64,000 nt of DNA from Takakia lepidozioides (Eukaryota > Plantae > Bryophyta): assembly GCA_030704615.1 (NCBI GenBank), contig CM060731.1, positions 22,692,001-22,756,000 of the forward strand. Direction: 5' to 3'. How positions within the stretch are numbered: position 1 is the first letter of the stretch; every line of letters begins with the position of its first letter. Below the pieces are notes generated by a model. It was not told the origin of the DNA. It ran no database searches and worked only from the letters and a program-made list of their open reading frames with translations. This document shows positions 61,001 through 64,000 of the stretch, one piece after another. The position numbers were made by a program, and so were the translations under genes.

Positions 61001-64000
61001 TTAACTTCTGCTGTAGAACAGTTGTTAGTGTGGCGCATTGGATGGTCATTTTCTGATGAACTGCCTCCAACTCTGTATGAAGCACCTTCACCTCCTGCAA
61101 TTTGCCTTCATGCGTCATTTGCAACTAGTATAGCTGTTGCTTATGTACTGTATGCAATTTTTCCTGCTCCAGACCTGCTTCAATCAGATTCCCCTTTGCT
61201 AGCTGCAAGACAGCCTTCGTGTCCTCCAACTCCTTATGTAACTTGAGGTTGGCCTCCACATCTACCTTGTTTGCACACTCAGTGACAATTCTAGCCTCAA
61301 ACTCCTGCTTGAGTTCCTCCCTCAAAGCTGCCAATTGTCTAGATGGAACATGGGATTTCACATAAGTGCCCAACAAATTGAGTGTCCTGCTTATGGATGG
61401 CCTGCTGTGGATCTTCATGGTGAACTTGCTGTTGTTCTCCTTGATCGTCCACAGTGTGATGTTTCACCAACCATTCACGCCACGTTCCCACAAGATATTC
61501 TTCCTGAACGACCTCATTCTCCACAGGCGCTACAATGCCCTTACATTCTACCTCTGGAACCCCCGCCACAGGTTTGGGTATCACATGCACAGTAGGGATT
61601 TCCTTGGACAAACTCTGCACCTCTGGTACCACTGGTTCCCTGACCACGCCAGAGTTTTCATAGAGAAGGTCACCATTTTCAATTTCCGCCACGACCTGCT
61701 CTGTAGTGGGAATGTCCAACCCTTCTCCTTCCAGAGCAATAGGCTCTGGTGCAACAACATGTACTAACTGAGGGACCTCTGAGACAACCGAGTCAACTGG
61801 CTGTGATGGCTGTGGTACCAAAGTGACTTCTTCTTCCCTCTCCAAAGGTCGTGCTTCCAGTAATAACAGCCCTCTGTGCTGCTGTTCCCCCATCTTGCAC
61901 AAGAGCTATGGAAACATCATCATTTTGCGGTTCCCTTGAAACTAGTGGATCTGTCATTATAGTCGTGTCCCTCTTTTGTCTCTTGGACTGGTGCCGCCCC
62001 TCCAATCCACCTTCACCATGTGAAGAGCCCTGCTCCTCAATTGTAGTGGTTGCTGCCTCAAACACTCCCATCTCCTTACGTTCTCGCGCATCAAGTATGT
62101 AAGAATCAAGAATAATTTGCGCAATCACTAGGCCAGACACAACGATTGGAGACTTAGTAGCAGTGCCTTGTAACCGCTTCATCTCTTCCACCAAACCATT
62201 GTACATTAAGTCCGCCCAAGCCACATCTTCCTCCCTCAAAGCTTTTAGTATCTCCTCCTTGAATGATCTGCTAAGGTATTGTTGGTTCTGTTTCATGGCA
62301 AACAGAACGTTTAGAACCTGACCAACTTCTTTTAACCCTGGGTACTCGGCCTTGGTGCAAGTGTATCCCTGAGTCTTAAAGAAACTCCCTTCTTGGAACA
62401 AATTGCCTATCTGCAATCTTGCCCTGTGCTCATCCACATTTAAACAATTGCTGCAAGTATTGGGGAGTAATCTTTATATCTACTCTCCTCACTTGTGTAA
62501 TTCCCGTCTGAGGTTCAAAGTTCTTAATGAATTGTATCATGAACGCCCTATGATGCAAGGACCATTCCTTGCGTAGCAGTCCTTCCAATCGCAACTCCTT
62601 CAACAGCTGCACTGCCTGAGGTGTAGCATTTGTCTACTTCTGCAGAATCGTGGTGCTCTTCACCCTGATATCCTCCATTCCCCGAATTCTCTTCATTCCA
62701 GACAAACAAGATGGCCTTGTTTGAAATAGCTAAGAAAGCTTGCAAGGCGTAGAGCATAAAAGTATGGTTGGCACAGAAAGGAACGGGTAAGTGCATATAA
62801 GCCTGTGGAGCTTGCAAGTATCGAGTGAGAGAGAATGTACTCTCAACCCGTCCGTCCTTGCGCCACTGTATAAGAAGTGAAGCGAGCGTATAATCTGTAA
62901 TATCCGCCATAGCTACAAAGTTATAGCTTTGATTGCCCCTCCTGTCGAGACACTGGTTATTTGGAGCCACCCCGACTCTTCCGCTTATAACTCTTCTAAA
63001 AAGTGGCCGTTAACCCACATCCACCTGTCACTGACCCTATGGATTGTGCAACCCGCGTAGGCTGTGACAGGCTGTGTCAGACTGTGACGAGCTAAGATAG
63101 GTTGTGTGATGTTGTGATGGGTTGTGATAGACTGTGTGACACTATGGTGGGCTGTGATAGACTGTGTCACATTGTGGTGGGCTGTGATAGCTATGTGAAT
63201 ACTTGTACTTTCCGCCCTGGCCATACACACTCAGCTTTATGACATGTGCTCCATACTTTGTTGGTGTTACTGATGTAGTTTGTGTCTGCATCTGTGTTTC
63301 AAGATGCAAATCATGTTGTAATGGTTTATCATGTATATCACTATATACCCTTCAACTTATTGGCATTGACTCTTCCAAGCATCTCATTGTTAATGGTTTG
63401 TAACATGACTGTGTTGTTATCATACATCTTCTGTATGACATAAGATCTTTTCCAAGGTGACTTAAGCTTAGAAGCTTTAATCTTACCCTTCTTCAACAGC
63501 AACAGTACCAAATCACCCGTCTTAAAAGTCTTTAATTTACCTTCATCAAACTGATCCTTCCTCTTCATCTGAATTCTGGTCATGTTATCTGCTGCATCAG
63601 CACGTACTTCCTCCACATGATATAATTCAAGTTTCTTGACTTTAATTGAATCTTCCAATTCCATTCTCCTTCCCCATTCAGTACTCATGGTAAGTAACAA
63701 GAATTCCACTGGAAGTAAAACTTCCATACCATAAACTAATTGGAATGATGTATACTTAGTGGTGACTTTATATGAAGTCCTGTATGACCACAAAGTTGTC
63801 AGCAGCTTTGTATCCCAATCTGTTCTGTTTGCATTGACTATCTTAGCCAAAATAGTACATAGTATTTTGTTGGTGGCCTCTGCCTGCCCATTACCCTGTG
63901 GGTAATAGGTTGTACTCTTCCTATGCACAATCATGAACTCTTTAGTCAATAGTTCTATGGTCTCATTAATGAAGCGACTTACCTGATCACTGATAAATTC
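58035..64000 (-). mobile_element. Second, older and diverged member of the same Gypsy family (3' LTR 58035-59140, PPT, extra ORF, integrase); runs off the window
   Basis: Homologous LTR, PPT at 59141, fragmented extra ORF at 59179-62910, integrase at 63341-64000. Confidence 0.94.

Overview
Eukaryotic, repeat-rich land-plant DNA. PLS-type PPR relics, spliceosomal introns and CAG>TAG decay suggest a non-seed plant, which is inference. The window is a nest of transposons. An outer DNA element of about 16-17 kb (at least 3255-45388, ends unresolved) encodes a Sola-like/DUF7869-type DDD transposase. Divergently it encodes a YSP-repeat protein resembling the Pol II CTD, a ParB/Srx-fold protein fused to a degenerate N6/N4-methyltransferase-like domain, and three FCP1/NIF-like pseudo-phosphatases. 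Its non-coding DNA carries 12 copies of a 24-bp palindrome, AACCTCCACTG-NN-CAGTGGAGGTT. Two younger elements interrupt it: a full-length Ty3/Gypsy non-chromovirus (12637-25889, TSD ATAAG, extra ORFs on both sides of gag-pol) and a CACTA element (31308-43942, TSD CTA) that has its own NIF domain and captured PPR/OSB fragments. Further right are a hAT-type MITE, a hAT transposase, an apparently intact two-exon IFI6/IFI27-like gene, a LINE fragment, PPR and PPR-PDF pseudogenes, and a second, older copy of the Gypsy family. All domain assignments come from motifs recognised by eye, not from database searches.
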